Assembly (NCBI GenBank): GCA_900088475.1
Contig: FLMG01000368.1
Location: 124,001 to 188,000, forward strand
Source of the DNA: Hyphochytrium catenoides
Taxonomy: Eukaryota > Protista > Hyphochytriomycota
DNA: 64,000 nucleotides
Direction of reading: 5' to 3'
The position numbers were made by a program, and so were the translations under genes. This document shows, piece after piece, positions 48,234 to 61,581 of this stretch (its first letter is position 1; each line of letters begins with the position of its first letter). The notes under the pieces were generated by a model that worked only from the letters and a program-made list of their open reading frames with translations, was not told the origin of the DNA and did not search any database.

Positions 48234-51200
48234 TCATGCGTCTAGCTGAGTTCCAAGCTTTTGCGCGACTTCTCTGACATCTCCGGCGAGCTGAGCATCT
48301 ATCACCTCTAACTTGTTCAACTTGTTGAAGAGGTTCAGCACGGGCCGCATTTCATCGTGGTGTGTGTGCCACATCTCCTCGAATTCTAGATCTTCCCGGT
48401 CCCAGCCGTTGAACTCTCTCCCCTCCTGACTGTTCTGCATGTTCCCTGTTCCCTTAGCGGCTTGCTTTCTTTTGACCAGATATCGGTCATAGCTCTCTGA
48501 TTTTGTGCATGAAAGATAGAATGCCTGTAGTTGAGGAAGAGAGGTGTCGTCAGCTGAAAGAGCTATAATGGCCTACTTCACCTTCTTACTTTGTATATGT
48601 CCGCATATTGTTCCAGCAACGAAAACACCTGGTTATGCACCGTAGGTATGGTCGTGAGCCGGTGTCTAGCTAAGCTCTTCGGACTACTCTCCAGAAGCTG
48701 GGAAGGAAGGACAGGGAAGCCCAGTAGAAGTACAGTTTTACACCGAGAGCTCCTGGCTGCAGCTGCCACTTGCTCTGCAATAACGGAGGCCTTGAGCTCC
48801 ACAGTCTCTTGCTCGCTTTGAGAGGCGGTCGTCGAGCGGTAGGCCCTAATGTCTGCAAGAAGTGTTGTTGCGTCCACAATGTGTACTCCAGGCCCTAAAA
48901 GGGCCGTAACCTCTCGGATCCTGCTCAGAGGTGCCCCTAAGAGAAGACAGAGCCGGGGTGCGACACGTGCAGCAATGGTGGCAGCAAGAGTTGGTAAATG
49001 CACAGATCTTCCTTTGGTCCGCTCCGAAGCCCCTCTGGGGATATTCAAGACATCGAACCGCGACTTTCCATCCTCCTCCTCCCTATAGAGCGTTCTTAGC
49101 GTGCTCTCCATGTTAAGATCATCCGCGTGGAAGAGAAGGACAAGTTGTTTGCTCTTTGCCTCAAAGACCTCATGAAACAGTTCTGCCTATCGGACACGAC
49201 CATCAGTACTAAGGGCTTCCTTTGAAGAAAGATGAATAAAGGGGATAAAGGATCACCGATCGCCCCAATGAGATAGGCAAGGGGCTCGGCTTACCTGGTC
49301 CACTGTGCGTGGAAAGTCCACAAGCAAGATTTTCTCATTCTCATCGAGTAGCGACAGCACTAGATCGAGCTGAGATACAATCTGCTCAGCAGTATCGGCA
49401 CGATCAAGATCGACTTGAGATGACCCGGTAAGGGTACACTTCGCCCGCATCATTTCCTCCACCGAGAAAAGTCTATACCCATACTTGGCAGCAATCTGGG
49501 CGCAGAATGTTCTCTTATAGGGGCTATCATCTCTACCCGGTGCGACCAAGATCATCCGATAACTGCTCTGCAAAACGTCTTCAGCTAGCTCTTTTTCATC
49601 CAAGGCTACATTTCTAAAGAGCTGGATCTTTGGTGTGTGAAGTAAGTTGTGGTCGTCGACGACGTCCGCCAGATTCTTACACATAACGATTCTGGGCTTG
49701 ACGATGGAGCTCGTGAAGAGTGAGAGCTGTTGCCGGCACACAGAAATGGCCGATGTAGAATGGGCGGGATCCAACAATGGAGGAAGAAGCGTACGAACGG
49801 GACACAGAGAAAGGAAGAGCATTAGCGGATAATTAAGGTGGCAAAGCTAAGAAAAAGGCACAAAGCCCGAGGTGGGACTTGGAGGATACGTAGCTGCATA
49901 CAGGCCGCATTGTCAACCTACCTGGGCTGAATTTGAGGGGAACCTAAATAGAGCAAACTTGCTCTCCCGATTATAGACCATTGCCTGTCTTAGCACCGAA
50001 ATGGTGATCTCTGGGGCCACAGTACGACCCTCCTTCATGCTGCGAAGAATCTCAGCTGAAAGTCGGCTACCTCGAATCCCTTCCACCCTCAGGAGTTCCA
50101 TTGGATGGAGAGTGCGATAGCCAAATTCACTGGTCAGATGGCATCACGACAAAAAGGAGGAAAGTAAGAGTCAATCTCGCCCCCAAAAACCTTGTATACG
50201 GCATGGGTGTAAAGATCCATGTATGTCAGCCGTGCCAGGAGAGAAGTTCACCTGAATGCCGTCTCAGCTGCTTCATATAGGTTATCTTGCTCAATGGCCA
50301 TTGTTATCACAGTTGGAAGGAGTGCTGAACCAATGTTTTCTTCGTCGTAATCGCCTTGGTGATCCGGCTTGAAAGTCTTGATCAGGCCGGTCTTTTCGTA
50401 CATGCGGACAACCTCGACAGTTTCCTTTTGAAAAACTGCGGCACGAAGATCTGTGTAATTTCGTTTACCCTTCATTGGGCCATTGACCAAAGAAGTCTCA
50501 GACTCTACGGGGGAAGAACTATGGAGTAAGTAGTTGATGTGATAAGGTGAACACTTGCCCCGGAGCGCTCACCTTTCGGCATGAAAAAAAGAACTTTTGA
50601 TGGTCCAACTTGCAATCGTCTTTGCAAAGCTACTGCTTGATCGACGGTGTACGGGAAACCTTCGAGTAGCACCTTCTTGCAGGGCCTAGACCGTATCGAA
50701 TGTTCCACTGCTCCAAGGATCTCGTCTCTTGACAGATGCGTCCCTGTTTCAAGCAGAGTCCGTAGCCTTTGCTGAGATGCAATATCCTTGTGGCTTTCGG
50801 CGATGGCAGACTCTACGGAGATGTGGTACAGTCCATACTGGTCTGCTTTTTGTCGACAAAACTCCGTGAAAGCGTTGGAAGGGTAACCGAGTGCAACTAT
50901 CAATGTTGGTGTGAAGACTTCTTGGAGATGTCTCGACGTGTCAGGCGTCCCCATTACAATGCTGTGCAACCTGCCGGTCTGCAGGCACAACAAGCGCAAA
51001 CAGAGGGACAGTGGTGGAACCATTAGAGACCCAAAGTAAGGTGAACGGTATGATAGGGCTAGATGGACCTTTGCATAAAAGGATCGGATATCGATGAGGG
51101 CTTGGTGCTGCTGGGACCTGTTCCGCACAGACATCCTTCTTCCCACGTTCTCCCGTCTTCTCATTAGTTCTTCCTTTTGGGTAGCCAAGTACACGCAGGA

Positions 51201-54068
51201 ACTCTCGCCCACATGCTGCCATTAAATATAGAGACAAGATCCGAACGACGGGGTCAGATGGCGCTCTCCCTGGACACATGGGTAAGTCGTAGCTTACTAC
51301 GGACCTGCTCAAAAGCATAGATATCATCCTTGATTCTAGGAAAGCCAGTGACGAAGACGTTGGGCCCCCGAGTCTGCGTTATCGCGTATTTTAAGAGCTT
51401 AACTGCAGCGTCGGACGTGATCCTTGATGCTGCAAGATCGTCGTCCGCCAGTCCATAGAAAGGTGAGCCCTGTTGAGCACTCTAGTGGAAAGTTGGCCAT
51501 GTTAGGTTTCAAACACCAGGGAAAATTGGCAGTTGGGCAGCTTTACTTCTTTTAAGGCCAGGCGAACAAAGTCTATGTGGTGGAAGTCGTTGCAGACAGC
51601 CACTTGCACGCATTGATCCAGAGAAATAGCTCCCGCTTGAGTGGTCGCACACAAAAGATAGTACTTTGCACCGCCTGACAATATTGATACCGTGTTACGC
51701 CAGTGCTTCAAGAGTTGAGTGGAAGGAACTTGGCACATCTTACCCATTCTGGTCGCGCCAGGGGCCGGTCCTGTGGCTGACCGCAAGGTATCAGCCTTTT
51801 CGTGAGTAGGAAGCTTTTCTCGGACAGATTCTCGTGCTGCCGTCGATTGTGAGGGTACTGTGTGGTAAACGGGAGGCAAAGTAAGACATGAGCAGTGAAG
51901 GATGTGGAGGAAGGGCTCGACAGTCCCCTCTTACACGCGGAATCGCTAGAAGTTTCTCTTCCCCGGTTAGGGTTATTGTTAATGAGCCATTCTCCTAGGT
52001 AACGTATGGCCTCTAATCCCTCTGGTCGAGTAGCAAGTAATTGACGTAGGCCAACCGCCAGCACTTGATGCAGAGTCTGCGGTCCTGCTAAGAAGAGTCA
52101 ATACATGAGGGCTTATTGCTCAAACTCTGCGAGTTACCTGAAACAAAGCTCTGATTAGCTAACCTTGCTCCTAGATAGGCGACTGTCGCCAAGTTTGAAA
52201 CCAGAGGGCCCGTGGGATACTGATCCCGAAGTAAGAAAGATACTTCCTTGGCGTAGCTACCCGGGCCCACACGATCAACGAGCAGCAGCGAGAAGTCTTG
52301 TCAATTGGTTTTTGAGAAACATCAAGAAAGGAAGAATAAAGATCTACCTACCTGGTGCGGCTTTTGGTTGTGTAGATGTCCTCTTGGGGAAAGCAATATT
52401 GTTCGTCTGCATATTTTTCTCTGAAGAATCTCGCCAGTTGGGCCATGACTTGTAGAGCGAATGGCCGAGAGAAGACCTAGCAAGGGGAAAAGGATGAGCC
52501 TCATTTGACTTAAGCTCCAACAAACGGAAGTACCTGAATCACGCAATCACGATCCCTGAAGGGTTGTAAATGGGTATGTAGCTGGGGAGAGAGAGATGTA
52601 TGGATTAGTGCCATGAACAGGGTGGGCACAAGAAGCAAGTAACCTCGGGATCCACTGGGAGCAGGGCTTGCAGTTCCTCGGAGGTGAGGCAGATCTTGTG
52701 TTCAAGCTTTAGTTCGAAGCCCCAGATATCAGCTAGCCGCCTGAAGTCTAGGTACCTGGCATGATCATTGCCGATTGGCTGAATTACCAGTGTTTCCTCA
52801 GACTACCCTCAAAGCAAGACAAAGCGAGTGATGTTAATAAAGAAGGGACACGAAAGGACCCAAGCTATCCTTCTGGAGGAGGCGATAGAGTGTTGCATAC
52901 CGGAAATCCTCGAGGAAACCAATAGCGGACCTCGCGCTCGGCTGCACTCAAGCTTGAGCTTGCCGTGGCACAGTCGTGGATGTGGCTGGTTCCGAAGCGG
53001 CCCCGTACAGTCGGGAATGGCACAGCTGCCTGTTCTTCCGGACTGACAGGTCCTAAGAGCTCCTTCCACTATGAGGAGGACACATGAAGCGTGATAAGCC
53101 TTACAGTTGATAGCACAGTCTAGTGTGTGGTGGTACACCTGCTTTATTGCATTGACTCCCTCCATGCAGAGCACCAAACAAGGCTTGCTGGTAAGATAAG
53201 CGAGAACTTCGTCGCATAGGTCTGCAGATGAGGAGTTCATCCTCAAAAACTCTTGAGCCTTTTCTCTGGTGAGAGTCTCTCGAAGCTGTACAACAACCAT
53301 CAAGTTCCGACTCTGCTCGAGGGACAGGCAAAAAGGAAGCATGGGCAGGTAGCCAAGAGATGGGGAGATGTGTACGCGTGACGAATGTTAGTGGGTTACG
53401 ACTTCAAAAGCTGCCAAATGGGAGCAACGGCACCTCAATGGCCTCCAGAACAGCCTGAAGTTTGGCAGGTGAAGCAGCAAGATGGGGTTTTATAAGGGCA
53501 ATGGTTCTTTGCAGTCGTCCAGGGTCGTCCTGGATGGTCCTCACTTCACCAAAGAAAAAGTCAATCTCTCGACTGGCCTTGAAGGCTGAGGGGCTTGCAT
53601 GAAGGGTTTTCTTGATGGCATCCGCTCCGTACTTTTTGTTGAGCTTCTCAGCCAGTGCAATGCAGTCACCTAAATGGCAGTATGAGCGCTCGACTAGGCT
53701 CCCATATTAAGATCAAGATTTTCTTCATTCTCACCAACAGCATTGAGCTTCTGAAGTAGCAGGACTGTTACCGGGGCAGACGTCGTGAAGGTTACGAGGT
53801 CTTCAAAAGTGGGTAGGGCGAGCTGGTCACTGCGTGATGCAATAATATCCACAAATGAGACGAGGTCTGCTTTGTGAGATTGTAGAGAGCACTTGACTTA
53901 CCAATAAAAGAGCTTAGCATCTCTCTTCGATAGTGTTAATATTTCTTTCCTTTGTATGGTGAAGCCCTGTTTGACAAATTCTGAGAGTATATTCTCACTT
54001 CTGTCTCCTCCCCCTTTATCGGTCGTAGCCCATGCTAGGGGCAAGATTATGGCGAGTGTCTTCTCCAT
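48234..54068 (-). CDS. Multi-domain NDK x3 / Dpy-30 / adenylate-kinase-like x5 protein, probably flagellar
   Basis: NDK starts are MEKTLAII.P, QRTIALIKP and EETLVIQP, and domain 1 has LHASPS...SREIDFFF. The Dpy-30 motif is VLAVGLRQLLATRPEGLEAIRYLGEWLINNNP (~51970-52070). AK signatures are VTGFPR, LEGFPY, FRFPS, LVDFPR and LLGFPV. Confidence 0.8.
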
Positions 54069-54744
54069 AGTGTTCTTGGCGGTGTGCTTTAGATAGACCT
54101 TCAACTTGTCATAAGGACGAGACTACCATCCTCATTCCTTGACTGGCTTCATCTCTGTTCTGTCGACATGGAAGAAGATCCTCCTCACTGACCTCTCCGT
54201 TCGATGGCTGTAAATCTGTGACTGCCACGAAAGGGCCGGGGTAACTAGAAGCGGCGGGGGCAGGCAGCAGGAGGAAGTGATGGAAGGAAGCGCCCGTCTG
54301 GTTGTCAGCATCTCCAATCTCCATGGACATTCAATTCGGTCTCTTGATGTCTTTGATGTGTTGGTCTTGGGTGTCGTTTCATCCCAACTCAACCCAAGCA
54401 ACTTTGATTACCGCAGGGGACCAACTGTGATTATATTGACTTAGTTATCGATCGGAACCTGACAAGCAATTGACAAGGAAGTACTCGTACTCGCTCTGAT
54501 GAGACAGACACAGAGGAGCTTGGAGCTTGGTGCAGGATGCTATGAATCTCCATCTCAAGAGGCCGATGAAGTTGAAGCTCTATCGGATAACCTATGGCAG
54601 CTCACAGATGTTACAATGAGCACAATGTTGATCTACCGTCATCATCGGAGCTGTCACACCCCTTGAAAGACGGTATATGAAGGTTTTGCAAGGGGTCCTT
54701 CTTTTGAAAAAGCTAAAGCCCGCTAAGGGACGGATTGAGGCATA

Positions 54745-55380
54745 ATGGGAAAGTTGAGCAACATGCCAAAGAGCAAAGAGACCAATGGTAGATTTTCTAC
54801 TATCATGATCTTTGCCTCGGCTCTTGCCTTTCGAGCCATTATCAAGGTAGCGACTCTCATGCTTATATACTCACTGCTATCCAGCTAAGTTGACTCATCA
54901 GAGTATACTGGGTAGCGGTCTGAGCTTCGTCTACATGGGAGCCATGGCTTTCTGGTACTGGCAGTCTCAGAGACAGCAGAGGGTCTCAGGCACCACGATC
55001 ACAGAGTTACAAGTCCAAATGATCAGGAGAATTAAGGGGACTGGATTGCCTCGTCGAGAACGCAGACGGAGAGCAGGGCAGAGCTTGTTGCCGGGGCTTA
55101 AGAAACCAAGTGCAAGAGCGCCACTCCATGAAGCTAATAGGACTATTCGGAAGAGCCTCCGGTCAACCAAGGAGGACTCTTATGCATTGCAAGGTAAATG
55201 GCAAAAGGAGTTTGAGACAAAGATTCGGGCCATGCCAGGCATCCTGACCTACGCATCGTACCAGAAGTTGCAGGTGTGTATACATGATACGGTATAATGC
55301 ACATAGTTGGGACGATAACCTGACATCATTTGCTATCTTCCGCGTAGCCAGTAAAAGTCCTCCCTCTGCAAGCGGCTTGA
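54745..55380 (+). CDS. Small hypothetical membrane protein; 3 exons
   Basis: MGKLSNMPK...IMIFASALAFRAIIK|SILGSGLSFVYMGAMAFWYW...YQKLQ|PVKVLPLQAA*. Two in-phase GT-AG introns and two hydrophobic segments followed by a basic tail. Confidence 0.55.
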
Positions 55381-55517
55381 ACTCTCTCACTCTCCTTGGA
55401 GTAAACCTTGTCTGTTGATGCTTGCGGAGCCCTTCAGATGCTTGGTTGCCAGGGGCAAAGAGCTGATGGAGCAGAGAGTTTCCTCCAAGTAACACCGCAA
55501 CTAGTCATCTAAAGTGA

Positions 55518-56947
55518 CTATGGAAAGATGGCAGTACATATGTGATACAGGACTGGCATCACAAAGAGCATGCTGTCAAAGCGATCGAGCACTCCACCGT
55601 GTCCAGGAAAAAAAGACCCGGAATCTTTGACTCCTTCAAGGAAGCCTCTCAGATGGGTGAAGGTCAAGATAGCTGGCGCAGATTTAGTCTCACCTGCTAC
55701 ACGCTTTACATATGACTCCGTAAGGTCTCCAAATATCGATGCTAACTGGGCAAGGCACCGAGTGAGCTTAGCCCAAACGGGGTTTGAGTGCATTTGGCAA
55801 AGCTCTTACCCCAAGCGCTAGACCTATGACGCCGAACAGTTCTAATGGAGCCCCTGGCAGGATCTGATATCGAGATGACTCTACACATAGCCGCTTTTAG
55901 GTTCCTCGGAGCTCGCCCGTCAGGAACTGACCACTGGTACCTGAGGCGCAAAGAGCTCCTAACGCTAGGGCTGTTAAGGTGCTACTTAATACACTCCCGC
56001 CAACTCCAGCTACTGTCTTGCCGGGGCTGACGTTCTGTGAGCGAAGTCCAAGGTTATGCGATGGGGTGCTGGCTGGCCTGTGTGATACTCACCGGGATTA
56101 GCTTGACGCCACCCAGAGCTCTTCCGAAGAGAATACCGCCGTTATCCGCGTTCCACATGCAGAGGCAACCGAGAACCTGGGAGCCAGAAGGGAGGACTGT
56201 CAGGTGGAACCTCTCCGGCGAGATCAGGGTGTATATCAGCCATAAGGTTCTTTATATACCTGATAGCCAGGGCCAAAGGGGCCCAAGTTTCGGAGTCTTA
56301 TGGCAAAGGTATAGCCCCTAACGCATGTTATAGTGAGTAACGGAGCCCATAGTACGCATTAAGGCGGCACTGGCACTAACCTTACAATGAATGCAAGGCC
56401 TAAGAGATCTAAACCGAGCGCCAAGAAGCTCGTAACACATACACGGTTGCCTGTAGCATGATGCGTTTGTTAGAATCCTTGTTGTCGAGTCTTACAAATA
56501 CAAGCAATACCGCTATGCTTGGGCAGATAAACCACATGGTAGAGGAACGTCAGCAGCCAGGACAGTGTCTCCACTGTTTCTACACAGCCAAAGCGTTTGG
56601 AGCGTCTGAGGTTAATACTGGCATTTAAGGATGTCGGCACACTTGTTCAAGCGCCCACCATAGTGCTCTGGGGCTAGGAACGCAGCCGATGACAGGAGGG
56701 CAGCCAAAGCAGTAATTAGTCCTAGTCCTTCACTCTGCCTAATGGGTTCGTCCTTGCTTAGGCCCTTGGCATTCGTGCCTTGAGCTTTTTGAAGAATTCC
56801 AGGACAGATGTTGACTTTATATTCATACAGCGACAGGAATAAGAAGAGTAGTACAGCAGAGAAGGAGAGACCGTGACTCTGGAGGATCAGCACTCCCGCG
56901 GGCATCCCAATGACAACCGTGATAACCCGCTTGCCCCAGTCCGTCAT
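55518..56947 (-). CDS. CDS: Phosphatidate cytidylyltransferase (CDP-diacylglycerol synthase), multi-exon
   Basis: Family signature [32 protein letters not shown], plus [12 protein letters not shown] and the hydrophobic N-terminus [10 protein letters not shown]. Confidence 0.93.
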
Positions 56948-57209
56948 ACTGCCTGGTTCACCTAGCGCGTTTTGAAGGTTGTGGCACTTTTCACTATGCT
57001 GTCGGGTCTTTTAAAGATAGTACTTCGATTGGCATAGAGCAGGAGCACGTCATTGCGTTTCGAAGGCCAAGCAAGCAGTCGGTAGGGAACCTATCAAAAG
57101 TGCCTCCGACGCAGAGTTGGGCACGATCCTGGCTGCCTCCGCCGTGGTCGCTCTCTCATGTTTGGGCGATAGGTGACGGGTGACGGGAGATGTGAACAGA
57201 CAAAGACAA

Positions 57210-57749
57210 ATGATGTTGCTTTTGCTGCCAAGTCCTCCCCCTGGAGTGGAAGACCAACCCAGGACCCTGATCGTCAGCATCAACGGACAAGAATTCCTTG
57301 TTGACGATCCGCGCCTGGCTGTCGTGTGGCGGCTTGCCATCAAAAGATTCTTATTAGAAGTTTACAGGCAACAATGCTTCTTCAATCTGCCAGGCCAATG
57401 AATGATGGGTCTAAACTGAGTTCTACATTCTAAGCAAAGAAAAGTCAATCTGCGGTCCTTGGCGGCCGGAAGATCTTTTTATGGAGACGGGTACTTTAGT
57501 ATACTGCCATAACCTCCGCTACTCCTCTCCTCTGTAAGCAGCCAAGCAGCGGCTTCGGATATCACCACTAGGAGGAGCGTTACCATGGACTCCGCTGAAT
57601 TCTCGATTTTGCAGATGTTTCCAGCATATGTAAAGGATGGTCTTGACTGCCGTCTTGGACATTATGCCTCTTGTCACGACTCTTTCCCTCCTCTACGTTG
57701 CCTTTACACAGTGTATAAACTCAGCAAAGGCAACCTCTTATCAACATAG
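57210..57749 (+). CDS. Possible small hypothetical protein (spliced)
   Basis: Coding-like ORF MMLLLLPSPPPGVEDQPRTLIVSINGQEFLVDDPRL with further open segments downstream. The exon chain is not established. Confidence 0.22.
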
Positions 57750-57998
57750 AGGTGAGGCTCACTTATTACCGATGCCCATCTCAGATTCTCAGAAAGCTCA
57801 CCCATCGGTGTCGCTCTCCTTGCCCATCTCAAGGTCCCAGAAGTAGTAGGCAAATAATAACTCATTGATTATGCTAATTAGTGGTTTGTAGGAGTCAGCA
57901 GGGGTGAATTTAGAGTCTTTTCTCTTGTCCCTTTGACCCGTCAAGGCCTCTGAGAGTAATACCGAACGCTTCTGCTCACGCTGTCACATAAGAAGTTG

Positions 57999-60586
57999 CT
58001 ATCGTTTCATGTTGTTCAATCCGGCTGGTGGCAGGACCGCACTGGCCGGGACCGGAAGGAGCCGATGGGGGAACACGCTAGAGGTTAGCTTCCCGCCGTG
58101 AGTGGGCTGTGCTAGCCTCCCGCCTTTGAGGGGATTCTTTCTTGAGGGTATCTTCAGGTCCGATACCGTCAGTTTACCCCTACCTTCTTGCATTCGAAAG
58201 CTGTTATGCCCCTGCTCCTCAGAGTCATTCCGTCCGAGTTCCTGGAGATTACCCTGCCTTTGTCGTGCTAACTCCTCTTCGTCAGACTTCTGGATGCCAT
58301 GCTGTTTCTCTCGCCTGAGAGGGCTATTGCCTGCCGACTGTGGCTTACTTGACCGTGGGTCATCAGGTGAAGCGTCCCCCAGTGGCTCGTTCGCAAGTGG
58401 CAAGTGGGAGTTTGCTCTGAGTATTGAGGCCTGTGCTGAGAGAGCTGATAGGCCTTGCTGCTGTCCCATCTGCTTCATTTGTCTTTGTCCAATTGGGGAC
58501 GCTGATGGGGAGCGCCTAGGAGATAGAGAAGGCTGGACAGTGCCAGAAGGTAGGTCATTGAAGAAGAAAGGGTTGTCTCTTTGGTCCATGAGTACAGTCT
58601 GTGGAACGTGAATAGGTGAAGATGGAGGCCGCGTTCCCGGCTTATCAGGGCTCCCGTTATGCGTAGCCACTTCACTCCCGTTAACACCTGTTGTCACGGA
58701 TAACCCTCGGCCGAAGCGTGACAGTGGTCTATCGAGGAGTAGAGAAGGATCAGAATTGTGATTAGGTTGATGGTCTATGGGCGTTACTGGAGTCACTTTG
58801 ATGGGGCCTGAGCGTTCTAGACTTTCAGATCTCGGTTCATGCTTCCAGAGCTGGTCCTCAGCTACGTTAAAAGCCTTGTGAGGGATAATGCCACGAGCAG
58901 GAGACCTAGGATGATCTCCCTTAGCCTTGTGAGACAAGTTCCGCCTACCCGCCCTTCCTCCGTTTGCGTCATGAGCATCCTGCCTGGGGCTAACCTTGAA
59001 AAGCTCATGGCACCGCAGAATAACCTCTGATGTCTCTTTCTCCCTTTGCTTTTCTCGGCCTAATCGGAGCTTGGAGCTACTGATAATAAGTTGCAATGTG
59101 TTGGTTCCTTTCGCCGCTACTTGGAAGCTTTTTATATCCGAATAGAGCAAGACGAATGCCTCCACAATGTTTGAGCTAGCCAGCACTCCGTGACGCAAAG
59201 GCAAGCCTACTTGGGCTAACGCCTCACCACCCACCACTTCTCCTGTAGCGATGATGGCGACCTCAGTCGTTGCTCCTCTGTAATCTCGGCTCGTCGAGCT
59301 CCACTGGGGAAGACGGCCGTTGACGACGGTCGTTAGGCGGTTAATGACGGACTGTCTCCGTCGAGGTCGTCCTAACTCTTCTTTGACTCGCTTTAGAACC
59401 GAGAGGTCTGGTCCTGGGAAGTCTTTATCGCGCCCGTTCGGGGGTAAGACGCGCTTGACAATCTTTACCTCACCGGATTTAATGAAGATGATGTTAGGTG
59501 TCTTGTCCCCTTCCTCAAGCAAGGGATCCCCAATGCTATACTTTCGTTTGGAAAGCAGCCGTGCCATTGTGATCAACCGATGATGCGGCCATCCTTTAAA
59601 GTATTTATTCTTCGACAAAAAGGAAGTCTTCTCCGCTGCAAAAGTAGTGCGAAAAGATAGAAGCAGCATCAGGACAGGGTTCCGACAGTCAAATGACAGT
59701 GACCGAGCTTCAATGCCTCACCTTGCTCCATGGCCTCCACATGATACTGGGCAAAGCTTCGATGGTATAGCTGCTTTGGAACTGCGATCATCTCCACGAA
59801 TCCGTCCGCGACAGCTGATGCAGTACGCCGAATGCCGTCTTCAAATAGCGCCACTTCTCCAAAGCCAGCCCCGGTGGGCACTGTGGCAACTCTTACACCT
59901 GCAGGCGGCATCAATAGACAACGGTGGAGTCACTGGTGGTCAAAAATAGTTCATTCCAAGGTCACCCGTACAACCCTAATCCTAACCCTACCTACCGAGG
60001 TAATCGCCTTTGAGGTCATTGTTCGCCGCAGCTTGCTTACGATCAGCCTTCAGTTCCACCAGGGAGCTAACAGGAGCACCGGCAAAGATGGCGACCTTGC
60101 CTGAGAAGATAATATAATAATGGGTCCCAAAGTCACCTTGAAGAAAGATGAGATCGGCATCGGAGTAGGAGATGAACTCCATGTTCATGAGGACATCGTC
60201 CACAGCGCCTGAGTCAGTGCTTCTAAACGTCTTGGACTGCATCTCATAGGCCCATTCTTTAAGCCGCGCTACTTGCTCAAGGGTGCGCTGTCCCGGTATC
60301 GATTCTTGCAGTGCTTTCCTAGCATTTTCAACTATGGCTTCAAGCCTCTTCTTCTCCGCCAGTTCGCGCATCTGCTTGGTGAACCATTGCCAGCGGATAA
60401 ACCCTTGCCTTTGATTGGCACGTACCAACTTTCGGTGCAAATTCTCAATGAGCGAACGCTCATGGAGTCCAAACTGCTGCGACATTATTGGGATGCTTTT
60501 GCAACTAGTCGTGGCGACGTGATTCGACACGCAGTGCTGGCTAATTATACCCTTTGCAGAAGGAACTCGTTGTCGGTGCTATTCAT
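57999..60586 (-). CDS. Cyclic-nucleotide-binding domain protein (two cNMP domains, long disordered C-tail); 5' end uncertain
   Basis: Domain 1: LIFLQGDFGTHYYIIFSGKVAI...GAGFGEVALFEDGIRRTASAVA. Domain 2: FLSKNKYFKGW...LLEEGD...IIFIKSGEVKI...GEVVGGEAL. Confidence 0.85.
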
Positions 60587-61581
60587 GCTTATGGCACAGC
60601 CCCATGGCCCCATGCTCATAATGCTCCGAGATCGCTGTCAGCCGGGAGAGGTCATTGCAGGGGAAGTAGAAAAGTTTCCCTCCTCTTGCTTTCTTAGTGA
60701 ATGTTGACTGGGGGAGATTGCAGTGACCGTATGCGCAGATTCAGTACAGATGGTTTGTTAGTCAGAAAGAGTAAGAAGACTTTATTATTAGAGAGCAGAC
60801 CGTGGAATGCAGCTCTAAGCCGCTGGAGAGGCGGCAGATTCGTAGACCACAGGCGGTTGCTTACAGGAACGTTCTCCGTACGAAAGAGAGATGCTCCCAG
60901 GGAAATCAAGGTTTAGAAGCGGGTTCAAAGAATTCTGGTGTGAAGAAAAGAAGGTACTTGTAGGAATAACAGCTCAGCGTGTAAGAGAAGGACGCCTGGG
61001 GGAGACTGCCGGAAGCGTATGCACAACTCTGCTGGCTCCTGGAGGAGATAGGGAGAGGGATGGGGGAACAAGGGAAGAAAGCTGGTGGTGGACATGGAGA
61101 CTCATCAGCAGGCTTTACCGAGAACGAACGACATCAATGGAGGAGGAGGACCAGCCAATGGAGCGAGGAGGAAGAAGCGGCAGGGCAGAAGTTAGGGCGG
61201 AAGTAGAAGAGAAGAAGGAGCATCGCATGGGGACGGGCACACGCAGGAATGTAACCGACAGCTCCTCTCTTCTTCTTTCTCCTCCTTTTCCTCTCCCGCC
61301 TGCTGTACTACAAAGAACTTGATAGAACTAGAACAACGGTAGTACTTGTAGTAGTTAAACAAGCGTGTGCTGCACTGCTGTACCGCGGACATGACACACC
61401 CTAGCTTATCAGGAAAACAGTACTGGGCTATAGGGTTTATATTATCCTTGAACTTTATAAGAACCTTCGGACACAGCAGCAACATGTGCGTACACCGCTG
61501 TAAGTGTGAGCCCTGTACAAGGAGGTCAGTATTCATACTATAGGGGGTTATGTGTTAGCCGCAGTTACTCTATTCCGTGAA

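Noticed and set aside
59972-59996. Telomere-like CCCTAA/CCTAA run
   Set aside because: Only about 3 imperfect units inside an intron next to its donor site, which is compatible with chance.
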